Source: an uncultured Candidatus Saccharibacteria bacterium
GTDB taxonomy: Bacteria > Patescibacteriota > Minisyncoccia > Phycocordibacterales > UBA5272
Direction of reading: 5' to 3'
Length of the DNA stretch: 64,000 nucleotides
Assembly: GCA_964464695.1 (NCBI GenBank)
Contig: CAYXKW010000001.1
Coordinates: 36,810-100,809 of the forward strand
The notes beneath the pieces were generated by a model. It was not told where the DNA came from. It saw only the letters and a list, made by a program, of their open reading frames with translations, and ran no database searches. Below, piece after piece: positions 36,240-46,565 of this stretch (positions are counted from its first letter, which is position 1; each line of letters begins with the position of its first letter). The translations under genes were made by a program, and so were the position numbers.

Positions 36240-38876
36240 TTGCCACACAACTTATTACCTTATATTATGGCCCCAAAGAAAATTGATCACCTACAGAGCA
36301 TCATTGTTAAAGGTGCACGAACTCATAACCTTAAGAACATTACGGTTGAGATGCCTCGTCATAAGATGATTGTGTTCACAGGGTTGTCAGGATCAGGTAA
36401 GTCTTCGCTTGCGTTTGACACAATTTTCGCAGAAGGGCAGAGACGTTATGTGGAGTCACTTTCTGCATATGCACGGCAATTCCTGACACAACTTCAGAAG
36501 CCTGATGTTGACGAAATAGTTGGCCTTTCTCCTGCTATTTCTATTGACCAAAAGTCAGCTGGACGTAATCCTCGCTCAACTGTAGCTACTATTACAGAAA
36601 TTTATGATTATTTGCGTGTTCTCTATGCACGTGTCGGTAAGCCATACTGTGTTGACTGTGGTTCAAAAATCCAAAAGCTGACCAATGAAGAAATTATGCG
36701 CTTCATCTTAGATAAAGTAAAAGATGTTGATTATAAGAAAATAAAAACAGAAATGATGGGGGTTGAATTTTCTCATGCTGAAGTTCATATCATGTCACCA
36801 CTTGTACGAGGACGAAAGGGTGAGTACTACCAAATGCTCTATGACATGCTTGGACGTGGGTATACAGAGGCTGTGATTGATGGAGAAAGAAAGAGTCTTC
36901 GTGAACAAATTGTTTTATCTAAGAATAAAAAGCATGAGATTTCTGTTGTAGTTGACTCAATTGCATTAGATGAGCTTAGAAATCTTAAGTCACAAAAAGA
37001 TGCACTTACTCGTCTTGCAGAGGCCATTGAACGCGCTCTCGAAGAGTCTCAAGGTCTTCTTGAAGTGGAAATTCTTGGTGAGAAAACAATCATGAGTAAC
37101 AAATTCTCATGTGCTAACTGCGGGTTTTCATTTCCAGAAATTGAACCACGACTTTTCTCTTTTAACTCACCATACGGAGCGTGCCCCACCTGTAACGGGC
37201 TCGGTACTAAGTACTTTGGGGGCTTGGATGAATGTGATGATTGTCACGGGAAGAGACTTAGACCTGAAGCGTTGCATGTATATTTAGACGACACATCAAA
37301 AATAAATATTGTGGATATTGTTGCACTTTCGATTGAAGAAGCTCAGAAATATTTTGAGAGTATTCCACTAACTCCAAAGGAGCAAGAGATTGCTTCTGTG
37401 GTGATTAAAGAAATTCAATCTCGTCTTTCTTTTATGTTAAATGTTGGACTTAATTATCTAGCTTTAAATCGTAAAGCAGACACGCTGTCTGGTGGGGAGG
37501 CGCAACGTATACGTCTTGCTTCACAACTCGGGAGTCAGCTCGTGGGAGCTCTTTATGTACTTGATGAGCCGACAATTGGACTACATCAGCGAGACAATGA
37601 ACGACTTATCAAAACTCTGACTCATTTAAGAGATATTGGCAACACTATTATTATTGTTGAACATGATGAAGATACTATCTACGCATCTGATTTCCTCGTT
37701 GATATTGGGCCGCTCGCAGGAGTGCACGGTGGGGAGGTTGTTGTATCTGGGTATCTAGATGAACTACTCACAGCTCCAAAAAATAAATCAGGAAGTCTAA
37801 CACTTGCGTATCTACGAGGAGAGAAATCTATCCCTGTGCCTGCTCGAAGACAGACTGACAAAGGAACAATTAGGGTGACAGGAGGGAATATTTTTAATAT
37901 TCAAAATCTCTCAGCGAATGTGCCACTTGGAAAAATGAATGTTATCACAGGAGTATCAGGATCAGGTAAGAGCTCTTTTATGTATGAAATTTTGTACAAG
38001 AACTTACAAGCACGACTTGAGAAGAGATACAGAACGGTAAAAATTTATAATTGTGAAACTTTTTCTGGAACTGAATATGTATCACGAGTAGTTATGATTG
38101 ACCAGGGTGCTATCGGACGTACACCACGTTCAAACCCTGCGACATACACTGGTGCGTGGACTCACATTCGTGACCTTTTTGCAGAATCAGAAGAAGCGAG
38201 AATCCGTGGATGGAAGGCATCGAGATTCTCCTTTAACGTAAAAGGTGGCAGATGTGAGGCGTGTCAAGGAAATGGAGAGATTGCAGTTGAGATGCACTTT
38301 TTACCTACGGTGTATGTTGAGTGTGATGTATGTCTCGGAAAGAGATTTATGAAAGAGACGCTTGAAGTGAAGTGGAAAGGAAAAAGTATTTACGATATTT
38401 TGAAAATGACTGTAGAAGAAGCACTCACGTTCTTTTATGATATTCCTGCTATTCATGACCGAATTAAGACTCTTAATGATGTTGGACTTTCGTATCTTGA
38501 GCTTGGACAATCAGCTACTACTTTGTCAGGTGGAGAAGCTCAGCGTGTAAAGATTTCTTCAGAGCTTTATCGTCCACATGTTGAAAAAACTATTTATCTT
38601 TTAGATGAGCCTTCAATTGGACTTCATTATGAAGATATTGCAAAGTTAATTGAAATTCTTAACCGTTTGGTTGATAAAGGTAACACAGTTGTACTTATTG
38701 AACACAACTTAGATATCATAAAGTGCGCAGATCATATTATTGATATTGGTCCAGAAGGTGGTGTTGGGGGTGGGAAAGTCGTAGCAACGGGAACTCCTGA
38801 GCAAGTGGCAACTAATCCGAATAGTTATACGGGGCAGTATCTTAAAAAAGTATTAAAGAAAGATAAAACAAAGTAA
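36240..38876 (+). CDS. uvrA: Excinuclease ABC subunit A
   Basis: Two ABC modules (GLSGSGKSS; GVSGSGKSS; LSGGEAQR twice). Zinc-finger Cys clusters (CANCGFSF...CPTCNGLG; CEACQGNGE...CDVCLGKRF). An alternative ATG at 36267 is possible. Confidence 0.93.
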   Translation: MPHNLLPYIMAPKKIDHLQSIIVKGARTHNLKNITVEMPRHKMIVFTGLSGSGKSSLAFDTIFAEGQRRYVESLSAYARQFLTQLQKPDVDEIVGLSPAISIDQKSAGRNPRSTVATITEIYDYLRVLYARVGKPYCVDCGSKIQKLTNEEIMRFILDKVKDVDYKKIKTEMMGVEFSHAEVHIMSPLVRGRKGEYYQMLYDMLGRGYTEAVIDGERKSLREQIVLSKNKKHEISVVVDSIALDELRNLKSQKDALTRLAEAIERALEESQGLLEVEILGEKTIMSNKFSCANCGFSFPEIEPRLFSFNSPYGACPTCNGLGTKYFGGLDECDDCHGKRLRPEALHVYLDDTSKINIVDIVALSIEEAQKYFESIPLTPKEQEIASVVIKEIQSRLSFMLNVGLNYLALNRKADTLSGGEAQRIRLASQLGSQLVGALYVLDEPTIGLHQRDNERLIKTLTHLRDIGNTIIIVEHDEDTIYASDFLVDIGPLAGVHGGEVVVSGYLDELLTAPKNKSGSLTLAYLRGEKSIPVPARRQTDKGTIRVTGGNIFNIQNLSANVPLGKMNVITGVSGSGKSSFMYEILYKNLQARLEKRYRTVKIYNCETFSGTEYVSRVVMIDQGAIGRTPRSNPATYTGAWTHIRDLFAESEEARIRGWKASRFSFNVKGGRCEACQGNGEIAVEMHFLPTVYVECDVCLGKRFMKETLEVKWKGKSIYDILKMTVEEALTFFYDIPAIHDRIKTLNDVGLSYLELGQSATTLSGGEAQRVKISSELYRPHVEKTIYLLDEPSIGLHYEDIAKLIEILNRLVDKGNTVVLIEHNLDIIKCADHIIDIGPEGGVGGGKVVATGTPEQVATNPNSYTGQYLKKVLKKDKTK

Positions 38877-38883
38877 AGAAGTA

Positions 38884-38912
38884 AAAAAGCGAACGGTTAC
38901 CGTTCGCTTTTA
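38884..38912 (+). terminator. Rho-independent terminator after uvrA
   Basis: aaaagcgaacgg-tta-ccgttcgctttt. A second hairpin (aagccgcatc-tcg-gatgcggctt) follows at about 38931-38958. Confidence 0.7.
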
Positions 38913-38959
38913 GTTTGTGTTTCAGTAACAAAAAAGCCGCATCTCGGATGCGGCTTGAG

Positions 38960-39530
38960 GAGAATGCGTGGAGTTAAATTCCAGCGACTCTTTCATTGTC
39001 TGATCTTTTTTTTGTCACCCCTTCATTTATTTTCTTGATTTCTGAGGGCCTGCCCTGAGTGTAACCTCGCAGCTGAGCATTTGGGTGACATGCAGGCAGT
39101 ATTGCAAAATGAACAGCACCGCTAACGACCTTTTCCTCGTGTTTGAGAGGTGTGTCATAATTGCAGGGTTTGCACCCATGAATACATGACATTAGGCACC
39201 TCCTCGTAGAGCTTCGAGGCATTCATTCGGAAGGGCACTTTCGTAACCCAAATCTTCCACACGGTAGGTGTGAATCGTTTGAACGGTCGGAGGTTTGCCG
39301 CCTTGACCAAAAAACTTTGCCGAAATTTTGAGCATTGCTGCTCCAAGTGGGCTGTGCCCATTTTTTTTCTGTGTGAGCTGTTGGCTCATCGTCTTCTCCT
39401 GCCAATGTAAAGAACTATTATTCCTCAGGGTGTACTCACTATTTTGTGAGATTCCTTTGGTCGTTGTGTCGTCATAATCTGCCGGTACGGTCGCACCAGA
39501 TTGAATTAGGCGAATATTTATTGTACAATA
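38960..39530. other. GC-rich (about 50%) non-coding patch between uvrA and uvrC: possible decayed foreign gene or structured RNA
   Basis: No ORF over 82 aa. Three short minus-strand ORFs in different frames could be pieces of one frameshifted gene. Composition is unlike its surroundings. Confidence 0.35.
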
Positions 39531-39536
39531 GATTCA

Positions 39537-40754
39537 ATGAAAAAGCAAGACCTCGAAAAATGTGGATTACCTGACACTCCCGGAGTGTATTTTTTCCGCG
39601 ATAAAGAGGGAACTATTCTCTATATTGGAAAAGCAACTTCCTTGCAAGATAGAGTCAGAAGTTACTTCAACCCGGACCTTATGGAATCAAGAGGTCTTCG
39701 ACTGGTGACCATGGTCACACTGGCCACTACGGTAACGTATCAGGAAACAGGCAGTGTACTTGAGGCGCTCTTACTTGAAAGTAAGCTCATCAAAGAGAAT
39801 GACCCAATGTACAATGCAAAAGAAAAAGATGACAAAAGTTTTACGTGTGTTGTTATAACAAAGGAACTATTTCCAAGAATTTTTACGATGAGAATACGAG
39901 ATTACGAAAAGAAATTCACTAAAAAAGACGTAGCGTATGTATACGGACCTTTTGCATCACTGCCTCAATTACGAAGTGCGATGAAGATAATTAGGAAGAT
40001 GTTTCCTTATAGAGATACCTGTGAACTTGGGAGTGCTAAAAAATGTTTTAATGCAGAAATTAAGCTTTGTCCAGGAGTTTGTATAGGACAAATATCAGAG
40101 GAGGATTATAAGAAAAATATTACAAATATCAGGAAGCTGTTTGACGGTAAAAAGACAGAAATAAAAAAATCACTTGAAAAGGACATGAAGGAGTATGCTA
40201 AAGGACATTTGTTTGAGCGAGCTGCATTAGCTAGAAACACATTATTTGCACTTGATCATATAAAAGACATAAGTCTTATCAAGGAAGACAGAGTGCTCTC
40301 TTTTAAAGATAAGAGCTTCAGAATCGAGGCATATGATGCTGCTCATATATCAGGGACATCTAGAGTTGGTGTTATGGTTGTTATTGATGGAGGAAGTCTT
40401 GAAAAAAGTGAATACCGAAAGTTTAAACTAGAAGAGGATATTAACGATGACTATGAAGGATTACGTCAAATTATGTTACGGCGCTTCTCGCGTAAAGAAT
40501 GGAGGTGCCCTGACCTCATTGTCATCGATGGTGGATTAGTACATAAGCAAACTGCCGAAAAAGTACTAACTTCTTTAGGGTTACTTATTCCTTGCGTATC
40601 TGTTGTTAAGGACGAACGTCACAAACCAAAGGACATTTTGGGAGATAAAGTACATGTGGATTACCATAAAAAGGATATTCTTTTAGCGAACCAAGAGGCT
40701 CACAGATTCGCTATTACGTATCACAAGACCTTACGTAACAAGCTTCTAAAATAG
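39537..40754 (+). CDS. uvrC: Excinuclease ABC subunit C lacking the C-terminal (HhH)2 domain
   Basis: GIY-YIG PGVYFFRDKEGTILYIGKA. Cys-rich and UVR regions. RNase-H-like endonuclease domain (IEAYDAAHISG...LIVIDGG). Ends at 405 aa with no HhH pair. Confidence 0.85.
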   Translation: MKKQDLEKCGLPDTPGVYFFRDKEGTILYIGKATSLQDRVRSYFNPDLMESRGLRLVTMVTLATTVTYQETGSVLEALLLESKLIKENDPMYNAKEKDDKSFTCVVITKELFPRIFTMRIRDYEKKFTKKDVAYVYGPFASLPQLRSAMKIIRKMFPYRDTCELGSAKKCFNAEIKLCPGVCIGQISEEDYKKNITNIRKLFDGKKTEIKKSLEKDMKEYAKGHLFERAALARNTLFALDHIKDISLIKEDRVLSFKDKSFRIEAYDAAHISGTSRVGVMVVIDGGSLEKSEYRKFKLEEDINDDYEGLRQIMLRRFSRKEWRCPDLIVIDGGLVHKQTAEKVLTSLGLLIPCVSVVKDERHKPKDILGDKVHVDYHKKDILLANQEAHRFAITYHKTLRNKLLK

Positions 40755-40877
40755 CATAGAAAATCTACTGTCAAGACTAACTATTGACATCAATGTGAGG
40801 GACAAAAATTATGGCTTTTAGTTCATAAACGGTACAATCTATGTATTAACAAATGATGTAAAAATATTAGAAACGTT

Positions 40878-43865
40878 ATGGCTATTCTACAGATAATTAA
40901 GAAAAGAAATGGGGAGATAGTTCCTTTCGAGGTAACTAAAATTGAGTCTGCTGTAAAAAAGGCTTTTGTGAGTATAACTCGTGACGAGAAGGCTGCGGTC
41001 GCAAAACACATTTCTGAACTTGTTGGCAAGGAACTTGAACTGGAAGCGCTCACTCGAGAGGGTTATGTTCCGAGTGTTGAACATACACAAGATCTTGTGG
41101 AAAAGCACATCATGGGGGCAGGTTTTTTTGACGTTGCTAAAGCTTACATCATTTATCGCTACGAACGAACAAAGGAACGACAAGTCGAAAAAATTGAGAC
41201 TCTTGAAAAGGTTGAAGAAGGTGGTTTGTTCATCACAAAGAAAAGTGGCAAGAAAGAAAGATTTGATATTCTTAAGATTAAAAAATCTGTCACCTATGTA
41301 ATCCATGGGTATGAAAAAGATGTGAATATTGAGCAAATCGTTAACCAGGTAAAGTTGGAAGTGTACGAAGGGATGTCTACAAAAGAAATCAGTAAGGCTC
41401 TCATCATGACATTGCGTTCTATGATTGAGCAGGACCCTATTTATTCATATGTTGCGTCTCGTATGATTCTTGCGCAGATTAACAGTGACCTATTTGGTAA
41501 TGCACTTAATCACACAACTTTAGATACACAATATAAAGAAGCGTTTATATCAGGTATTAAGACTGGAGTAGAAAAAGGTATTCTTGATGCACGGATGACG
41601 AATTTTGATTTAACTCGTCTTTCAAGTGCATTGGTCCGTTCACGTGATGAATTATTCATGTATCTGGGATCTCAGACATTATATGAGAGATACCTTGTTC
41701 GTGATGTTGAAGGTGATGGGAAGATTATGGAACACATCCAAGGATTCTGGATGCGTGTTGCGATGGGGGTTGCGCTTGCTGAGAAGGAGCTTGATAGAAC
41801 AACTCGCGCAATCGAGTTTTATGAAGCGATGTCACAACTTCGCTTTGTGCCGTCTTCTCCAACACTCTTCCACTCAGGAACAAAGCATGCACAACTCTCA
41901 AGCTGTTACCTAAACACAGTAGGAGATTCTCTCGAGTCTATCTTTAAGGTGTATTCAGATAACGCACAGCTTTCTAAGTGGGCAGGAGGGATTGGTACTA
42001 ATTGGACATCGGTCCGTGCATCAGGTTCACTTGTCAAGAAATCAGGTATTAAGTCAAATGGTATTATTCCATTCCTTAAGATTGCAAATGATGTAACGGT
42101 TGCTATTAACCGTTCAGGTCGCAGACGAGGTGCGACATGTGCATACCTTGAGAACTGGCATTTTGATGTAGAAGAATTTTTGGAACTCCGAAAAAACACA
42201 GGTGATGAACGTCGTCGTACTCATGACATGGATACTGCGCTTTGGATTTCGGATCTTTTCATGAAGCGTGCACAGACAGATGGTGACTGGACACTCTTCT
42301 CACCGGATGAAGTGCATGAACTTCCTGAGTCATATGGAGACGCTTTTGAAAAGCATTATGAACGATACGAGTCACTCGCTAAGGAAGGAAAAATAAAAAT
42401 TTTCAAAACAATCAAAGCGCGTGAGCTATGGCGAAAGATGGTTACTATGCTGTATGAGACTGGTCACCCATGGATTACCTGGAAAGATCCTTCTAACATC
42501 CGTTCACCACAAGATCATGTTGGTGTCGTTCATAACTCAAACCTCTGTACTGAAATTACACTTAACAACAGTGAAGAAGAGACTGCTGTATGTAACTTAG
42601 GTTCACTTAACTACCAGAGACTTATGAGAAATGGTAAGTTCGATGTTGATCTCGTTGCAGCAACAACACGAACTGCAATCAGAATGCTCGATAATGTTAT
42701 CGACGTTAACTTCTACCCAACCATAGAAGCGGAGCGAAGTAACATGAAGCATCGCCCAATTGGACTTGGGCTTATGGGCTTCCATGACGCACTCTATATG
42801 ATGGATATCAATTTTGATTCTGATGCCGCAGTTTCGTTTGCAGATGAGTCAATGGAACTTATCTCATACCACGCTATTCTTGCATCATCTGAACTTGCTC
42901 GTGAGCGAGGATCATACACAAGTTATAAGGGAAGTAAGTGGGACCGCGGCATTTTCCCAGTGGATACTATTGATCTTCTTGAAAAGAATCGTGGGGTTGA
43001 AATCCCTGTTTCAAAAGCAGGTAAGCTCAATTGGGCTCCTGTACGCGCGTCTGTTACAGAATTTGGTATGCGTAACTCAAACACAATGGCAATGGCACCA
43101 ACAGCAACCATTTCTAATATTGTAGGTTCTGTTCCGTGTATCGAGCCTATTTATAAAAATATTTATGTGAAGTCAAACATGAACGGGGAATTCATCATCG
43201 TGAATCCATACCTCGTTAATGACTTGAAGGCACTTAATCTTTGGGATTTCGAAATGATCGGTCTTCTTAAGTACAATGATGGTTCTGTAAAAGATATTCC
43301 GTCAATTCCTTCACACCTTAAGGATAAGTACAAGGAAGTGTTTCAGATTGATCCATCGTGGCTTCTTAAGAGTGCTGCACACCGAGGAAAGTGGGTAGAC
43401 CAATCACAGTCACTTAATATTTACTTCGCAGGAACTTCAGGAAAAGAACTTGCAAATATTTATGAGTACGCGTGGTCACTTGGTCTTAAGACTACATATT
43501 ATCTACGTTCACTCGGAGCTTCTCAGGTTGAGAAGAGTACAGTGAATGCTTCTGAGTTTGGTTCTACACATAAGCGTGACGCTGGTGCTGATGCACAGTT
43601 TGGTTCTGTTGCTTCTGGAATTGCTGCAAGCACTGTAGCTTCGTCTATTTCAGTTGCGTCTACTCCTGTTACCATTTCAGCAGTAGTTAATCCAGCTCCT
43701 ATTGTAGCTCTATCTACTCCAGTCATGTCGATGACTTCTCCAATTCCATCAATGATTTCGAAAGTATCTTCTGAAACATCAATGGCAACAGTAGCGGCTA
43801 AAGCTCCTCAGACAAAGTACAAGATTACGGTTATGCCCGAGGCAACTTGCGACGGGTGTCAGTAG
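40878..43865 (+). CDS. nrdA: Class I ribonucleotide reductase alpha subunit with two ATP-cones and a long low-complexity C-terminal linker
   Basis: Two ATP-cone modules at the N-terminus. Catalytic-core motifs (SNLCTEI, PTATIS). About 110-aa Ser/Ala/Thr/Val-rich stretch before the terminal CDGCQ redox tail. Confidence 0.92.
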   Translation: MAILQIIKKRNGEIVPFEVTKIESAVKKAFVSITRDEKAAVAKHISELVGKELELEALTREGYVPSVEHTQDLVEKHIMGAGFFDVAKAYIIYRYERTKERQVEKIETLEKVEEGGLFITKKSGKKERFDILKIKKSVTYVIHGYEKDVNIEQIVNQVKLEVYEGMSTKEISKALIMTLRSMIEQDPIYSYVASRMILAQINSDLFGNALNHTTLDTQYKEAFISGIKTGVEKGILDARMTNFDLTRLSSALVRSRDELFMYLGSQTLYERYLVRDVEGDGKIMEHIQGFWMRVAMGVALAEKELDRTTRAIEFYEAMSQLRFVPSSPTLFHSGTKHAQLSSCYLNTVGDSLESIFKVYSDNAQLSKWAGGIGTNWTSVRASGSLVKKSGIKSNGIIPFLKIANDVTVAINRSGRRRGATCAYLENWHFDVEEFLELRKNTGDERRRTHDMDTALWISDLFMKRAQTDGDWTLFSPDEVHELPESYGDAFEKHYERYESLAKEGKIKIFKTIKARELWRKMVTMLYETGHPWITWKDPSNIRSPQDHVGVVHNSNLCTEITLNNSEEETAVCNLGSLNYQRLMRNGKFDVDLVAATTRTAIRMLDNVIDVNFYPTIEAERSNMKHRPIGLGLMGFHDALYMMDINFDSDAAVSFADESMELISYHAILASSELARERGSYTSYKGSKWDRGIFPVDTIDLLEKNRGVEIPVSKAGKLNWAPVRASVTEFGMRNSNTMAMAPTATISNIVGSVPCIEPIYKNIYVKSNMNGEFIIVNPYLVNDLKALNLWDFEMIGLLKYNDGSVKDIPSIPSHLKDKYKEVFQIDPSWLLKSAAHRGKWVDQSQSLNIYFAGTSGKELANIYEYAWSLGLKTTYYLRSLGASQVEKSTVNASEFGSTHKRDAGADAQFGSVASGIAASTVASSISVASTPVTISAVVNPAPIVALSTPVMSMTSPIPSMISKVSSETSMATVAAKAPQTKYKITVMPEATCDGCQ

Positions 43866-43990
43866 GTAGACTTTGGCTATTTGTCTGTAGCTTGTAGCTT
43901 ACAATGCAAACTCACACCAAAACGATGTTATAATTATTACATCACCAAAACAATCGTATACAGTATTATTTATTAGTCAATTTACCAATT

Positions 43991-45076
43991 ATGCAACCAC
44001 AACAAACAACTAATTCAAATGTTCCCCAAGCGGTGAATCCTAAGCCTATCATTGATAGAAACGCTGGTCGTGTTGACGTTAATCAACGTAAGATCATCAA
44101 TGGGCGCGCGGATGTTGTTCAGTTGTGGCCGATCAAGCATAAGTTCGCATGGGATGCATATAATGTTGGTAACGCAAATCACTGGCTTCCGACAGAAATC
44201 AGTATGCAGTCAGATATTGAACAGTGGAGGTCATCATCTGTACTTACAGATGATGAGCGTCACGCGTTTAAGATGGTTCTTGGCTTTTTTACAACAGCAG
44301 ACTCTATAGCTGCGAATAATCTTGTACTTGCATTCTATAAGCACATCACGTCTCCTGAGGCGAGACTCTATCTTCTTCGTCAGGCGTACGAAGAGGCTAT
44401 TCATACACAAGCGTATCAGTATATGGTGGAGTCGCTTGGACTAGATGGTACTGAGATTTACAACATGTATCGTGAAGTAGATGCAATCTATAACAAAGAA
44501 GAGTTTATCCTTTCTTTTAATGATGGAATTTTCAAGGATGATTTTAAGACAGGTACATTTGAATCAGACCAGAAATTCCTAGAGAATATGTGTGTCTTCT
44601 CTCTTATTCTAGAAGGGGTCTTCTTCTACTCGTCATTTGCTGTAATATTTGGATTCCAGCGTCAGAACAAACTTGTTGGAAGTGCAGAGCAAATTCAATA
44701 CATCATGCGTGATGAGAGTACTCATATGAACTTCGGTATTGATATGATTAATACTATCAAGCAGGAACAGCCAGAATTGTGGACACCGGCATTCGTAGAA
44801 AGAATCACCAATCTTATGAAGAAGGCTGTTGTACTAGAATACCAGTTCGCGGTGGATGTATTTCCAAAAGGAATTTTTGGACTAAATGCTGAAGGGTTCA
44901 AGCAATATATTGAACATATTGCAGACAGACGACTTGCACGTGTTGGGATAGACGCAGTGTACGGAAGTGCGAATCCGTTCCCGTGGATGTCAGAAGCTGT
45001 AGACCTTAACAAAGAAAAAAACTTTTTTGAAACTCGCGTAACAGAGTACAAAACTGGAGGGACGTTGAGTTGGTAA
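43991..45076 (+). CDS. nrdB: Ribonucleotide reductase beta subunit
   Basis: Di-iron ligand motifs EEAIHTQAY and DESTHMNFG. Radical-site Tyr (YxxxF) present. Confidence 0.92.
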   Translation: MQPQQTTNSNVPQAVNPKPIIDRNAGRVDVNQRKIINGRADVVQLWPIKHKFAWDAYNVGNANHWLPTEISMQSDIEQWRSSSVLTDDERHAFKMVLGFFTTADSIAANNLVLAFYKHITSPEARLYLLRQAYEEAIHTQAYQYMVESLGLDGTEIYNMYREVDAIYNKEEFILSFNDGIFKDDFKTGTFESDQKFLENMCVFSLILEGVFFYSSFAVIFGFQRQNKLVGSAEQIQYIMRDESTHMNFGIDMINTIKQEQPELWTPAFVERITNLMKKAVVLEYQFAVDVFPKGIFGLNAEGFKQYIEHIADRRLARVGIDAVYGSANPFPWMSEAVDLNKEKNFFETRVTEYKTGGTLSW

Positions 45077-45088
45077 ATTTCTTAATTA

Positions 45089-45487
45089 TTGTTATATATG
45101 CAATTAGATTATTTAATCGCCGCAGAAACAGCTTTTTTTAGTGAAGAAGGGAGAATTAGTATAATAAAAATATTTGAAAAAATAAATTTATCAGGTGGTG
45201 ACGAAAAGTCAACCCCACCTGTAATCAATTTTTCTTTAACTGGAAAGGTAACTGGGGATTACGGAAAAGGGGTAAGAGTTACAATTTTAGATAAGAACCT
45301 AAAAATAGTTATGCAAGAAGTTACTGTCGATGCGAAAGAATTAAATAAAGATTTTTTAAATTTTATTGTTATTGTTAACGGTGTTATTCTCGAAAATGAT
45401 GGGGACTATACAGCCACAATTAGAAATTACGAAGGAGATTTAATTGTAAGCGAAAATAAAAGACTTTTTTCAGTGACTAGAAACTAG
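45089..45487 (+). CDS. Hypothetical protein (132 aa)
   Basis: Follows nrdB with a 12-nt gap. No NrdI/NrdH/NrdR features. No known motif. Confidence 0.45.
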   Translation: MLYMQLDYLIAAETAFFSEEGRISIIKIFEKINLSGGDEKSTPPVINFSLTGKVTGDYGKGVRVTILDKNLKIVMQEVTVDAKELNKDFLNFIVIVNGVILENDGDYTATIRNYEGDLIVSENKRLFSVTRN

Positions 45488-45489
45488 GT

Positions 45490-45936
45490 ATGTCTTCACA
45501 GGACATAAAATTTTCAATAGAGAGTAAGGCTAAGAGTGTGTCTAAGGATCCCTCTAAACTTAAAGTAATTCCTGAAACTCAAGGTTCATCTTCAGGACCA
45601 TCAAAAAAAACAAGTGAAATTGTTAAAGAGCAGGGTACTCGACTTGAAAAATTAGAAATAGAAGCAAGCGAGCTTATAAATAAAGCTAATAGACTTATAA
45701 AAAAAGCTGAAAATATTAATACAGCAACAATAGGGATTCTGTTCGCAATTATAGTTGTTTTTCTTGTGTCTTTTCTTGGGGTTGCCTCAGACTATATGCA
45801 AAACAATGATGAAAATAGGAAATATTTTTCAAGTCTTTTAGAAAAGTACCAGACGAAAGAAAATTCAAAAGAAGTCCAAGAAATCTTTAAAGATTGCATC
45901 AATACGTACGGATTAAAGTTTTGTGTTAGTAGATAG
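45490..45936 (+). CDS. Hypothetical single-TM protein with coiled-coil (148 aa)
   Basis: Starts 2 nt after the previous stop. Coiled-coil-like Lys/Glu stretch, then TM helix GILFAIIVVFLVSFLGV. Confidence 0.45.
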   Translation: MSSQDIKFSIESKAKSVSKDPSKLKVIPETQGSSSGPSKKTSEIVKEQGTRLEKLEIEASELINKANRLIKKAENINTATIGILFAIIVVFLVSFLGVASDYMQNNDENRKYFSSLLEKYQTKENSKEVQEIFKDCINTYGLKFCVSR

Positions 45937-45983
45937 TGATATTAAAAATAAAACTAAGGGTTTTCCCCTTAGTTTTTGTTTTG

Positions 45984-46565
45984 TTAGATTGTTGGTTTTG
46001 ATTGTTGCAGGTGTTGTGAGGCTTTCTTCCAGTCTTCGTAGAAACAGGCGAGGACGGTCATGTCTTCCCAAGCACCCTCATGAAATAATTCTTCCTTGAG
46101 AGTTGCCTCGATAGCATACCCGCAACGCTTACTGTATTCGATACTTTTTGTATTCTTGGCGAATGCATAAGAAATAATCTTATGCATGCCGAGAGTTTCA
46201 AAAGCATACTTTAGAAGTGTCATCTTGGCATCACTTGCGTAGCCTTTTCCATGAAACTTCTTTTCACCAAGAATTGTCCCAGTAACAGCATTTCTGTCTA
46301 CCCAGTTTATAGAGTGAAGACCCATTGTTCCAATTGGGCACTTGTCTTCTTTTGATTCTATAATCATGACAATATCACTAGGTGCTCGTGAGAGGACACA
46401 TGATTTTTCTACCCACGCTTTTTCATCAAGGTCGGCGAGTGGGAATCTGCGGTTAAGATACCTTCTTGTCTCTTCATTATTTATCCACTTGGTGAGTAAA
46501 GGGACATCATCGACTGAAAGCGGACGAAGGGTGGTTGTGTTTCCAGTAAGGAATACGTTTGACAT
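45984..46565 (-). CDS. GNAT-family N-acetyltransferase (RimJ/RimL-like)
   Basis: Acetyl-CoA-binding pattern HGKGYASDAKMTLLKYAFETLGMHKI. Start at MSNVF (46565). The ORF track extends to 46577. Confidence 0.75.
   Translation of the reverse strand: MSNVFLTGNTTTLRPLSVDDVPLLTKWINNEETRRYLNRRFPLADLDEKAWVEKSCVLSRAPSDIVMIIESKEDKCPIGTMGLHSINWVDRNAVTGTILGEKKFHGKGYASDAKMTLLKYAFETLGMHKIISYAFAKNTKSIEYSKRCGYAIEATLKEELFHEGAWEDMTVLACFYEDWKKASQHLQQSKPTI

Noticed and set aside
38960-39530. Attempt to assign the GC-rich patch to RNase P RNA, tmRNA or SRP RNA
   Set aside because: None of the hallmark conserved motifs (RNase P P4 GGAAAGUCCGG-type, tmRNA tRNA-like 3' end, SRP GGAA tetraloop context) could be found by eye. 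Left as unassigned.
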